Source of the DNA: Cyclobacteriaceae bacterium
GTDB taxonomy: Bacteria; Bacteroidota; Bacteroidia; Cytophagales; Cyclobacteriaceae
Direction of reading: 5' to 3'
Assembly: GCA_028285685.1 (NCBI GenBank)
Contig: JANQOR010000014.1
Coordinates: 48,287-112,286 of the forward strand
DNA: 64,000 bases
A program made the translations under genes and the position numbers. Position 1 is the stretch's first letter, and every line of letters starts with the position of its first letter. Below are positions 29,202 through 38,403 of this stretch, one piece after another. Below the pieces are notes generated by a model. It was not told where the DNA came from. It ran no database searches and saw only the letters and a list, made by a program, of their open reading frames with translations.

Positions 29202-30368
29202 ATGAGACGACATGTATTTTTTATTGCTTTAGTTCTCTTAGGCTGCTCTTCATCGGAAGAATCTCAGCTTCAGCAAATCTTGGCTGGTGGGAGTGAAATT
29301 TTTCAGCGGACGTTGAACAACCCAAAGCATGAAATTCAGATCATTTATGGAAAAATAGAAGATGGAAAGATCGTACATCAAAACTTCAATGTGGATCCAG
29401 CCAATTTTTTCTATCCTGCCAGCACTGTGAAAATGCCTGTTGCGTTCGCAGCAGTCAAAAAACTCCAGGAGTTGGGGTTGAGTCTGGATTCCAAAATACT
29501 GATCGATTCATCTGAACATAATCCTAGAAAATTGTCGTACGATTCACTTTTCAGCCAGGGATTTTCTGTTCGGAATCTGGTGAAGAAAATCTTTGTATTT
29601 AGCGACAACCAAGCATATAATATCCTTTATGGATGGCTTGGAAAAGACTATATCAACGAACTAAATCAACGCGTGGGCTTGAAGTCTTCCCGGATTATTC
29701 ATCAGCTGAGCGAGAGTGCTTTTTCCTTCACTCCTGAGTCAAACAGGAATACGTTTAAAGTCTCACTTTTTGATGGTAGCAAAACAGTTGAGACTGTCCC
29801 AAAAACAAACACATATGAAGCTACGGTAACACCTGAGTTGCAGGTACGAGGACAAGGATACATGAATGGTGAAGGTCAGGTAATCAACGAACCATTTGAC
29901 TTTTCACAAAAAAACTTCATGACGTTGGCGGATCTGCTTGGTGGTCTGGAGCGAGTGGTGAAACCTGGAATGTTTGATCCAAGTGAGCACTATTCCTTTG
30001 AGAAGTCTACCTACAATGAGCTGTATCACATCATGCTTCTACGCCCAAAAAACTTGCCAAATCCCATTGACACCTTGGCTGACAACTACGTCAAGTTCTT
30101 CATTTTTGGCGATGAGGAGGAAGGGGAGTATCCCGAACATATTGAAATCATGAACAAGGTGGGTTGGGCTTACGGATACTTGACTGATGTCGCATTTATC
30201 CGAGACAGAAAAGCGGACATTGAATTCTTCTTAGCTGCTACGATCCATGTCAATGAAAACCAAATTTACAACGACGGAAAGTACGAGTATGAAGACGTAG
30301 GATTACCTTTTTTAGCTGAGTTGGGCAGGTTGGTCTACGAATATAATCTCCAATTCGTCGATAAATAG
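29202..30368 (+). CDS. serine hydrolase lipoprotein, class A beta-lactamase-related fold
   Basis: Lipobox LLGCSS and an S-x-x-K motif in YPASTVKMP. An SDN-like SDNQAYN motif follows downstream. The track start is TTG 29193; ATG 29202 is preferred. Confidence 0.6.
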   Translation: MRRHVFFIALVLLGCSSSEESQLQQILAGGSEIFQRTLNNPKHEIQIIYGKIEDGKIVHQNFNVDPANFFYPASTVKMPVAFAAVKKLQELGLSLDSKILIDSSEHNPRKLSYDSLFSQGFSVRNLVKKIFVFSDNQAYNILYGWLGKDYINELNQRVGLKSSRIIHQLSESAFSFTPESNRNTFKVSLFDGSKTVETVPKTNTYEATVTPELQVRGQGYMNGEGQVINEPFDFSQKNFMTLADLLGGLERVVKPGMFDPSEHYSFEKSTYNELYHIMLLRPKNLPNPIDTLADNYVKFFIFGDEEEGEYPEHIEIMNKVGWAYGYLTDVAFIRDRKADIEFFLAATIHVNENQIYNDGKYEYEDVGLPFLAELGRLVYEYNLQFVDK

Positions 30369-30443
30369 CACTTATTGGTCTTAGTCACTCAGTTGCGCTC
30401 GATGTAAGTATTTACTTTTGAGCTAATCACTCTAATTTATATC

Positions 30444-31604
30444 ATGTCACGCCACTTTGTACTTCTGACATGGGTAACTATGTTGTCCATATTTAATCCT
30501 AATCTTTTACACGCTACTGTGATTCCAGCCTGCGTCGGTGGAGGAAACGTTGAAGGAAATGTAGAAGATGGTGTTGAAATTGATGGAGGAGAATGTGGAG
30601 TCCTGAGTACAAATATCGGCACCCTTAGTGGCAATTTAGAGGTAAAGGATGGTGAGTTAACACTGGATGGAGACATCACCACCCTAAGTGGGAATATTAC
30701 AGTATGCGGATCATGTACCCTGACCATCAACGGTAATATAGGTAACATCACAGGAAGCATAACCAACGAAGGAACACTCATTATTACTGGTAGTCTAACT
30801 GCAGCTGGAAAATTGGAAGTCAAAGGTGGTGGTCAAACCACACTTGATGGTGGGAGCTTCGAGAGTACAGGAGACGGTGTGATTATTGAAAGTGGGGCGA
30901 CTGTCAATCTTGAAAATGGAAGCTCAATTGCCACTAGTAGCGGGACAGAAAATAATGGAACGATCAATTCTGACAATTCGGGGAATTCGATCAACGGAGG
31001 AGTAGATAGTAGCGGTGGTGGTTCAGTTGACAGTGACCTTGGAGATTGTTCCTCGGATTGTGGCGATGCCGGCCTGCCAGTAGAACTAGTGTTTTTTAGG
31101 GGTCGGATCCAAAATTCTGGAGTAACCCTAACTTGGATGACTGCTACGGAACTCAACAATCGAGGTTTTCTAGTTGAGAAAAGTAACGACGGAGAGTCTT
31201 TCTCATCGGTCACATTTGTTAAAGGGCATGGAACCACCTCACAAGCCGTCTCTTATTCATTTAATGACCACTCCACTCTCCCACTTGCTTACTATCGATT
31301 AAAACAAGTCGATTTCGATGGTAAGTACGAATATTCGCCAATAGTTCGAATCGCCGATTACACTACTCACCACATTAGCTTTGGCCCAAATCCCTATGCT
31401 GGTGGATCATTTCGGGTATTTTCATCCTCGTCGGATGTAGCTGTTACCTTAGTAGACCTAAATGGGAAAGAGTACCTATCTCATGCCAAGATCAATCATC
31501 TTGAACAGATGGTCAAGACTTTGGAAAGTGGTTTATATCAACTCCATTTTAGCAATCAAGAAGATATCCACCACACAATGAAATTGGTGGTAAAAAAACA
31601 GTAA
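30444..31604 (+). CDS. T9SS-sorted secreted protein with Gly/Thr/Asn-rich beta-helix-like repeats
   Basis: N-terminal leader and repetitive G.L.V.GG / G.IT motifs. A conserved LPVELVFF.G......V.L.W.T..E.NN.GF.VE.S.DG..F...YYRLKQVDFDG...YS module is present. The C-terminal Por/T9SS tail is FGPNPYAGGSFRV...GLYQLHF. Confidence 0.75.
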   Translation: MSRHFVLLTWVTMLSIFNPNLLHATVIPACVGGGNVEGNVEDGVEIDGGECGVLSTNIGTLSGNLEVKDGELTLDGDITTLSGNITVCGSCTLTINGNIGNITGSITNEGTLIITGSLTAAGKLEVKGGGQTTLDGGSFESTGDGVIIESGATVNLENGSSIATSSGTENNGTINSDNSGNSINGGVDSSGGGSVDSDLGDCSSDCGDAGLPVELVFFRGRIQNSGVTLTWMTATELNNRGFLVEKSNDGESFSSVTFVKGHGTTSQAVSYSFNDHSTLPLAYYRLKQVDFDGKYEYSPIVRIADYTTHHISFGPNPYAGGSFRVFSSSSDVAVTLVDLNGKEYLSHAKINHLEQMVKTLESGLYQLHFSNQEDIHHTMKLVVKKQ

Positions 31605-31605
31605 G

Positions 31606-33144
31606 CTACAGCTCAAATTTAATTCCCTGAGCTAACGGCAATTCCTTGGAGTAATTGATCGTATTTGTCTGCCGCCTCATGTAAGCTTTCCACGCATCCG
31701 ATCCGGATTCCCGGCCACCTCCAGTTTCTTTTTCTCCGCCGAATGCACCCCCTATCTCAGCTCCGGATGTTCCGATGTTCACATTCGCAATTCCACAATC
31801 GGAACCTGCATGGGACAGGAACAACTCTGACTCACGGACATTGGTCGTCATTATTGCCGATGAGAGTCCTTGTGGAACGGCATTCTGCATAGCAATTGCC
31901 TCCTCGATCGTCTTGTATCTGATCAGGTATAAAATCGGGGCAAACGTTTCATTGCAAACGATCTCGTATTCGTTGCTCACCTCATAGATAGCAGGTTTAA
32001 CATAGCATCCGGATTCGTAACCTTCTCCGTTGAGAACTTCACCTTCGATTACTGTCCTCCCTCCTTCTGCCGCTATTTTTTCCATAGCGGACTCATACAT
32101 GGCGACTGCATCTTTGTCGATGAGTGGTCCGACGTGATTGCTTTCATCTAGTGGATCACCGATGCTCAGCTGAGCATATGCCTTAACAAGGCGTTGTTTT
32201 ACTTCTTCGTATACACTTTCCTGGATGATCAACCTTCTGGTACTCGTACAGCGCTGACCAGCAGTTCCCACAGCTCCAAAGACAGCTCCCGGGATCACGA
32301 GATCTAGGTCCGAATGCTCAGAAATGATAATTGCATTGTTCCCTCCTAATTCCAGTATTTGTTTCCCTAGTCTTGCGCCCACCGCCGCACCAACAGCTTT
32401 GCCCATTCGAGTAGAACCAGTCGCAGAGATCAATGGGACTCTGGTATCCGCCGCCAATTTTTTGCCTATCTCAACATCGCCAATCACTAGACCACAGACA
32501 CCAGGATGAATGTTGTTTGCCTCAAAGATTCTATGCGCTATTTTTTGACATGCGATAGCAGACAGGGGTACTTTTTCTGACGGTTTCCAAACACATACAT
32601 CGCCGCATACCCAAGCCAGTGCCGAGTTCCAAGCCCAGACTGCCACCGGAAAATTAAACGCAGAGATAATCCCCACCACTCCCAGTGGATGCCACTGTTC
32701 ATACATTCTGTGCGAAGGCCGCTCCGAGTGCATCGTCAGTCCGTAAAGCTGCCGGGATAGTCCCACGGCAAAATCGCAGATGTCTATCATTTCCTGAACC
32801 TCTCCCAACCCTTCTTGAAGGGATTTTCCCATCTCGTAGGATACCAAGGTGCCGAGCTCCTGCTTGTACGCGCGAAGCTCATTGCCAAATTGTCTTACTA
32901 TTTCTCCTCGTTGAGGTGCTGGCAGCAATCTCCACTCTTTGAAGGCTTCTTGTGCAGCCACTATCACTTTTTCATATGAATTGGCATCCGCAAGCGTCAC
33001 CTTTGCAATTTCCTCGCCATCCACCGGGGAAAATGATGAAATTGTTTCGCCAGAAGAATCAATCCATTGCCCACCAATCGCGGCCCCTTTGTTCACTGGT
33101 TCAACTTCTAGCTTTTCTAAAATGTGAGAGATCTTCTGGCTCAT
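31606..33144 (-). CDS. aldehyde dehydrogenase family 7 (alpha-aminoadipic semialdehyde / piperideine-6-carboxylate dehydrogenase-like)
   Basis: GEVQEMIDICDFAVGLSRQLYG....SERP.H...EQWHPLGVVGIISAFNFPVAVW.WN is the antiquitin-type block. Also present are ELGGNNA and the catalytic Cys in GQRCTS. Confidence 0.85.
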   Translation of the reverse strand: MSQKISHILEKLEVEPVNKGAAIGGQWIDSSGETISSFSPVDGEEIAKVTLADANSYEKVIVAAQEAFKEWRLLPAPQRGEIVRQFGNELRAYKQELGTLVSYEMGKSLQEGLGEVQEMIDICDFAVGLSRQLYGLTMHSERPSHRMYEQWHPLGVVGIISAFNFPVAVWAWNSALAWVCGDVCVWKPSEKVPLSAIACQKIAHRIFEANNIHPGVCGLVIGDVEIGKKLAADTRVPLISATGSTRMGKAVGAAVGARLGKQILELGGNNAIIISEHSDLDLVIPGAVFGAVGTAGQRCTSTRRLIIQESVYEEVKQRLVKAYAQLSIGDPLDESNHVGPLIDKDAVAMYESAMEKIAAEGGRTVIEGEVLNGEGYESGCYVKPAIYEVSNEYEIVCNETFAPILYLIRYKTIEEAIAMQNAVPQGLSSAIMTTNVRESELFLSHAGSDCGIANVNIGTSGAEIGGAFGGEKETGGGRESGSDAWKAYMRRQTNTINYSKELPLAQGIKFEL

Positions 33145-33282
33145 TTCTAAATTTGATTTTTAAGTCGGCAAAGCTAAGTAATGGATCGACCATGAAAAAT
33201 TTTATAAACGCTTTCTTAGCCTTTCCTCTCAAAATGGATTAAGTTAAAGGTTAGTTACCACTAATTAAAGTTGCCTTAGCAT

Positions 33283-33837
33283 ATGCTTTCGGAAATCCAG
33301 AAGCGAAAAATCCACCATTTTTTTAATGTCTTAGATATAGATAGGAATGGACATTTACAACCTGAAGATTTTGTAAATGTAGGGAAGAGAATCATCGAAA
33401 AAGTAGGCCTTGGGGAGGATTCCAGGGCAGCAAAACTTATTTTGATCAAATCACACCGGTTGTTTGTTCAATTGCTTACCGATGCAGACAATCCGGAACT
33501 GAGCTTGACGCTCTGGGACTGGATCGAATTTTTCAGAGATCAATTATTTGAAGGTGGGAACAACGGTGTTCTTGAATATTACATACACCGGACGAGTCGT
33601 CACATCTTTGATCTTTTTGATATGAACCGGGACCACTTTATTTCGAAAGACGAATATGCCAACATGCTCACGATCTACAAAATCCCACAAGAGCATGCGG
33701 ACCAGAGCTTCGAAGAACTGGACTCTAACAAGGATGGAAAGATCTCTGCAGATGAAATGATCAACGGCTTAAGAAACTTCTTTAAGTCAAATGACATTAA
33801 CTCTCCGGGAAATCTAATTTTTGGAGATTGGAGATAG
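33283..33837 (+). CDS. EF-hand calcium-binding protein (calerythrin/sarcoplasmic CaBP-like)
   Basis: Three 12-residue EF loops: DIDRNGHLQPED, DMNRDHFISKDE and DSNKDGKISADE. Confidence 0.8.
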   Translation: MLSEIQKRKIHHFFNVLDIDRNGHLQPEDFVNVGKRIIEKVGLGEDSRAAKLILIKSHRLFVQLLTDADNPELSLTLWDWIEFFRDQLFEGGNNGVLEYYIHRTSRHIFDLFDMNRDHFISKDEYANMLTIYKIPQEHADQSFEELDSNKDGKISADEMINGLRNFFKSNDINSPGNLIFGDWR

Positions 33838-33896
33838 AAACCCTTTTCGATTGTTTAATTGGGGATTGATTTAACTGACGGTCTGATTTTCAAAAC

Positions 33897-34433
33897 TTAC
33901 AATTCTAACTTCATTAGAATGTCTGTCTGATCTTCGTTGCCTAGTTTGAAAGGGTGAGTTGTGAACCCGGTGAGCCCATTTCTTTCATAAAACCTGATCG
34001 CCGCTGCATTCTGATCCCATACACCAAGCCAAACCCATCTGAAGTTTTCGGCTCTTGCTAATTCCAGCGCCTTATCAACTAGTATTTGGCCTATCCCGTG
34101 TCCTTGATACTCAGACAACACATATATCCTTTCAATTTCGAGCGCATTTTCCAAGAGCTGTTCAGTTTGGGCACTCCCTTGATTCAATTTGAGGTAGCCA
34201 ACCTTCTCCGAGTTTCGACAGGCAAAATAGAACTGTGACTCCGGATGCCCGAATTCGGTGGTTATTTTTTTAAGGTTGAAATTTTGAGCCATGTACTGAT
34301 CGAAATTGGCTTTTGTGTTCATTGCTCCAAATGACTCAGTGAAGGTGATTCTCCCCATTTCAAGGAGTTCTTCTAGTTCGCTTTCTACTACCTCTCTAAC
34401 GCTAACATCTTCGAACTCAATCATTTTATTCAT
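33897..34433 (-). CDS. GNAT family N-acetyltransferase
   Basis: Acetyl-CoA binding motif A, YQGHGIGQILVDKALELA, plus the downstream FYERNGL. Confidence 0.8.
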   Translation of the reverse strand: MNKMIEFEDVSVREVVESELEELLEMGRITFTESFGAMNTKANFDQYMAQNFNLKKITTEFGHPESQFYFACRNSEKVGYLKLNQGSAQTEQLLENALEIERIYVLSEYQGHGIGQILVDKALELARAENFRWVWLGVWDQNAAAIRFYERNGLTGFTTHPFKLGNEDQTDILMKLEL

Positions 34434-34437
34434 AAAC

Positions 34438-35127
34438 TTAAAAAATCAATTTCCAGCGAAATGCCCATTGCCAGGATAGCCTAAAATCATTTATTCCTGC
34501 TTTGTTTAAAATTTCTATCAACTCTTTTTTCTTGAAACCTCTGGCCACAGAAATGGCTGCATCATTCCTAACCATTGTTGATCTCGAAAAGAGATAAGTA
34601 AGAACTTTTATGCTCCAATAGGCAATGGGATGGCGATGCAGGTCATTAATGATCACGCCGACTCTTACCTGATCCTTGAACTGCTTGAAAAGTTGAATAA
34701 GTTCCGATTCCGAGAAATGATGTGTGAAAAGACAACAATGAATAATATCTACCTCTTGATCCTTGAATTCGCTACTAAATATATTAACCGACCTGTACTG
34801 AATCTCCGGAAAATCAGCTGAATTGGATTTTGCAAACTGGACGATATGGGGATTGGCATCAATTCCCAAGTAGGTGGCATTAATTTTATTCCTTCTTGTC
34901 CATTTTGCCATTTCCATCATTACGTCACCACCGCCACAGCCAAGATCTGCTAAGGATATATCTTCGCAGCCTCGAACCATTTTCTTTAGTGCTGATATAC
35001 TGATCTGGTTTCCTCCCAGAAACTTATTGATCGTGTTGAGCTCCTTTAATGTCTGATTAACAACTTCACCCGAAATTTCGAGATCGTCCATGATTTCGAC
35101 CTCTTCAGAACGCTTCTCAAGCATCAC
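34438..35127 (-). CDS. SAM-dependent methyltransferase (SrsB-like position next to a type III PKS)
   Basis: Motif I LADLGCGGGD and post-I YLGIDANP. The start overlaps the PKS stop by 11 nt. The GNAT gene follows 4 nt downstream. Confidence 0.8.
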   Translation of the reverse strand: MMLEKRSEEVEIMDDLEISGEVVNQTLKELNTINKFLGGNQISISALKKMVRGCEDISLADLGCGGGDVMMEMAKWTRRNKINATYLGIDANPHIVQFAKSNSADFPEIQYRSVNIFSSEFKDQEVDIIHCCLFTHHFSESELIQLFKQFKDQVRVGVIINDLHRHPIAYWSIKVLTYLFSRSTMVRNDAAISVARGFKKKELIEILNKAGINDFRLSWQWAFRWKLIF

Positions 35128-36214
35128 ATTTCACTTGAAGTACTGCACTCTCCAACGTAAGTCCAGGGCCGAAAGCGAAGCTCAACAAGTGTTTTCCGTC
35201 GTCAGTGGAATTGACCTGGTCCATAATTGACTTAATCACAAAAAGTACCGTTGGTGATGACATGTTTCCAAAAGATCTGAGAATATCCCTGGCAAATTTG
35301 TTCTGCTCTTTGCTGATCATGAGCTTTTCCTCGATCACATCCAATATCCGTTTTCCGCCCGGATGGATAGCAAAAAAGTCGATATCGGATAGATCCAGGT
35401 CGATATGATTCAGCAAATTTTTCGTCAGTTCCTCAATGCCATCCTTGATCACATCCGGAACCTTAGGTGACAATTTCATTTCGAACCCTGTATCTCCAAT
35501 ATACCAACCCATTTCCTTCTTTCCTGATAAAGCAAGATCACTGTAGAAATTTTCAACTTTCAGTGACTTACCTCCTGGAAAAGCATTTAAAACAATAGCT
35601 GCTGCTCCGTCACCGAAAATGGCATTTGCTAGCAGGTTTTCATCGTCTTTTTTTTCCTGAAGGTGAATGCTGCAAAGCTCAACACAGACCATCAAAACGG
35701 AAGAATCGGGGTCGGCCCTAAGGATCTGGTCTGCCATTTTCAGTCCATTGAAGGACGCATAGCATCCCATAAAATTGATAGAGGTTCGTTTGGTGCTGGT
35801 TTTCAGTCCTAGTTGTTCTATCAGTTCAATATCCAGGCCTGGCGCATACATGCCCGTACAGCTTATGGTGATCAGATGAGAAATTTCCAGTTTTTCTACA
35901 TCAGCACTTGCGATGGCATTTTCAGCTGCTGTGGCTGCTAATTTCAGGGCGTTTTTTTGATAAACATCCATACGGGGCTTTGCGGTGGGAAATTGAACAT
36001 CCTCTTTGAAGAAGCTCTGTCCATTAAGGCTTTTTCCAAAATCTTCAAGAACCGAATACCTGTTTTGAATCCCGCTAGCCCGATATAAAATTCTTAAGTC
36101 CTTTTCTTCGTCAGAGTTAAGTTTTAAATGCCTGACCATAAAGTCCGCAATCCTGCCTTGCTCTGTGGAGAATGCCGGCAATGCTGTTCCTATGGAATTA
36201 ATGTATGTGGACAT
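35117..36214 (-). CDS. type III polyketide synthase (chalcone/stilbene synthase superfamily)
   Basis: The Cys-His-Asn triad contexts are intact: NFMGCYASFNGL, FFAIHPGGKRIL and FGNMSSPTVLFV. The likely start is ATG 36214 (MSTYINSIG...); the track's 36319 start adds 35 implausible residues. Confidence 0.88.
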   Translation of the reverse strand: MSTYINSIGTALPAFSTEQGRIADFMVRHLKLNSDEEKDLRILYRASGIQNRYSVLEDFGKSLNGQSFFKEDVQFPTAKPRMDVYQKNALKLAATAAENAIASADVEKLEISHLITISCTGMYAPGLDIELIEQLGLKTSTKRTSINFMGCYASFNGLKMADQILRADPDSSVLMVCVELCSIHLQEKKDDENLLANAIFGDGAAAIVLNAFPGGKSLKVENFYSDLALSGKKEMGWYIGDTGFEMKLSPKVPDVIKDGIEELTKNLLNHIDLDLSDIDFFAIHPGGKRILDVIEEKLMISKEQNKFARDILRSFGNMSSPTVLFVIKSIMDQVNSTDDGKHLLSFAFGPGLTLESAVLQVKCDA

Positions 36215-36362
36215 GTGATTGGACTTACTTAATATTAACCAACTTTTCGCTTTTAGATGGACAAAAAAATCAAAATGAAATGACGATCTTGAGCACATTA
36301 CCAAATAAGGTGCACGCACTGGCTAGAATGCGCCATAGTGAACCATCTGGAAAATCTCGCAA

Positions 36363-37223
36363 ATGAAAAAATCAACTTTACTGCATCTGCGCATTCCATT
36401 TTCCTTCTTTCTACTTCCTGTATGCTTGTTTGCCAGTGCCACTGCAAACGAAACCCATCTTTTCAATTTTTGGCTTGTTTTCATTATTCTGCATCTTTTG
36501 ATCTATCCGGCAAGCAATGGTTACAATTCGTACTTCGATAAGGATGAAAAAAGCATCGGAGGTCTTGCGAATCCACCACCAGTATCAAAAGAACTTTACT
36601 GGATATCGCTTGGATTTGATCTGCTAGGTCTTGGTTTGGGTTTGCTGATATCCATCGAATTTGTTATGATGATTTTTATATATGGTTTGGTCTCCAAGGC
36701 GTATAGTCATCCAAGCATCCGTTTAAAAAAGTATCCAATCATTGGCTGGCTGGCCGCTGGTATCTTCCAAGGCTACTTCACATTTCTTGCCTGTCTGATC
36801 GCATTTAAAGACATCTCAACCTGGACGACCTGGGATTTGCAGGTTCAACTTCCCGCTATTCTTAGCACCGCTCTTTTACTCGGGTCCTATCCGATGACAC
36901 AGGTCTACCAGCATGAAGAAGATGGCAAAAGGGGAGATTTGACCATGAGTCGACTTTTGGGAATACGGGGCACCTTTCACTTCACAGCGATGATGTTTTC
37001 TCTTGCAATGGCAGGATTCGCCTACTTTTTTTACACGTATGATTCACTCTTGACCACCATTCTTTTTTTTGTGTTTATGGGGCCGGTACTGATCTACTTT
37101 TTGAGTTGGTATTTTAGGGTTAGAAACAGTGAAAGCAATGCTGACTTTAGATCAACGATGCGATTAAATTTCATCTCAGCAGCATGTCTGAATGCTTTTT
37201 TCCTTATTTGGTGGCTTTTTTAA
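36363..37223 (+). CDS. UbiA family aromatic prenyltransferase (polytopic membrane protein)
   Basis: About 8 hydrophobic helices. The first Asp-rich motif is NGYNSYFDKDED-like (NGYNSYFDKDEKS). The second acidic loop is YQHEEDGKRGD. Confidence 0.75.
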   Translation: MKKSTLLHLRIPFSFFLLPVCLFASATANETHLFNFWLVFIILHLLIYPASNGYNSYFDKDEKSIGGLANPPPVSKELYWISLGFDLLGLGLGLLISIEFVMMIFIYGLVSKAYSHPSIRLKKYPIIGWLAAGIFQGYFTFLACLIAFKDISTWTTWDLQVQLPAILSTALLLGSYPMTQVYQHEEDGKRGDLTMSRLLGIRGTFHFTAMMFSLAMAGFAYFFYTYDSLLTTILFFVFMGPVLIYFLSWYFRVRNSESNADFRSTMRLNFISAACLNAFFLIWWLF

Positions 37224-38332
37224 AATGGTTCTCCATGAGTCTTACTCATCAAATAGTTGGCGACAGGTCGAAAAGTCTTTCCCAGAACCACGGCAAATTC
37301 CGAGGATGCAGGTGAACCAAATAAGCCCTGGATCTTTCTTCCTGCCCAATGCCTGGCGGAAAAGGTTGAATTCCATGCTTTGGAGTAGCTCTTTTCAAGT
37401 TCATCTCTCTCAACTTTCCCACTAAGGAATTCATCAGCAACCTCAGCTAGCAGTTTAGATGAATGAATCGCCATAGCCATACCATTTCCACAAAGTGGCG
37501 TAATCATTCCAGCAGAATCACCTGACATTAAGATATGGTTAAAAACTGGTTCCTTTTTTTCGAAAGAGATTTCGTTGATCACAACAGGTTTTTCGAATAG
37601 GAATTCTGACTCAGAAAACAATTTTTTTAAAAACGGATTCTGTTGAACAACTTCCCTTTCCATCAGCGGCACTTCCTTAAATTTTCGAAGATTGTCTCGA
37701 TGCGAGAGATAGCAGAGGTTGTAAGTGCTATTTTCGACTTTACTAATTCCACAGTAGCCCCCTGAAAAATTATGCAATTCAATGCTATCAGCGTCCACAA
37801 GGTCTGTCTTAATATGATATTTAACGCCAACATACGGAGCTTTTTTGGAGACAAACTTCCTTTTTAGATCATTGTCCAGCCTGGTTTTTTTTCCAAATGA
37901 CCCTATCAGCAACCTGGATTCGTAAACGTTCTTCGATGTTTCGATCGTATGAGAATTGCCTTGATATCTGATCGCATTTACTCGTTCTTTTTCATGCAAC
38001 TGAACACCAAGTGTTCTTGCGTGCTGCGCCAGCCAATGGTCAAACACATACCGGCTAATACCAAATCCACCCAGATCGAGTTTCATTTCCAGAAGCTTCC
38101 CTGAAGTAGAGCTTAATCTAAATCGTGAAATTGTGCTCGGCTCAAATTCACCAGGAAAAATGTCATGAAATTTCAAAAAAGGGATAACCTCATTAGATAT
38201 ATACTCGCCACAAACACGATGAAACGGATACTCTTTTTCCTCAAAAAGGACGACGGAATAGTTTTTCTTCTTCAGCAAAATTGCGTTAACAAGGCCGGCA
38301 AGACCCCCACCTACGACTGCCACGTCAAACAT
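37220..38332 (-). CDS. FAD-dependent oxidoreductase (geranylgeranyl-reductase / aromatic hydroxylase-like)
   Basis: DVAVVGGGLAGL dinucleotide fold at the N-terminus and a GD motif (LMSGDSAGMITPLCGNGM). The 3' end overlaps the UbiA gene by 4 nt in convergent orientation. Confidence 0.8.
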   Translation of the reverse strand: MFDVAVVGGGLAGLVNAILLKKKNYSVVLFEEKEYPFHRVCGEYISNEVIPFLKFHDIFPGEFEPSTISRFRLSSTSGKLLEMKLDLGGFGISRYVFDHWLAQHARTLGVQLHEKERVNAIRYQGNSHTIETSKNVYESRLLIGSFGKKTRLDNDLKRKFVSKKAPYVGVKYHIKTDLVDADSIELHNFSGGYCGISKVENSTYNLCYLSHRDNLRKFKEVPLMEREVVQQNPFLKKLFSESEFLFEKPVVINEISFEKKEPVFNHILMSGDSAGMITPLCGNGMAMAIHSSKLLAEVADEFLSGKVERDELEKSYSKAWNSTFSARHWAGRKIQGLFGSPASSEFAVVLGKTFRPVANYLMSKTHGEPF

Positions 38333-38348
38333 CTTACGAAATTATTCA

Positions 38349-38377
38349 TAAAAAAAGTCCGTCATTTCTGACGGACT
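38349..38377 (-). terminator. rho-independent terminator downstream of the HtrA gene
   Basis: Perfect 9-bp stem agtccgtca/tgacggact (38356..38364 and 38369..38377) with a 4-nt loop. On the minus strand a T7 run follows it. Confidence 0.8.
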
Positions 38378-38403
38378 CAGTTTTCTCTTTATTGGCAGAC
38401 TCT

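Noticed and set aside
30437-31237. Two long antisense ORFs (128 and 134 aa) opposite the T9SS beta-helix-repeat gene.
   Set aside because: They are shadow ORFs of a Gly/Thr/Ser-rich repetitive gene. Their Pro/Ser/Val-rich low-complexity translations have no start context. The sense strand has clear domain signatures.
31665-33242. Several plus-strand ORFs (60-96 aa) opposite the ALDH7 gene.
   Set aside because: They are shadows within a strongly supported dehydrogenase gene.
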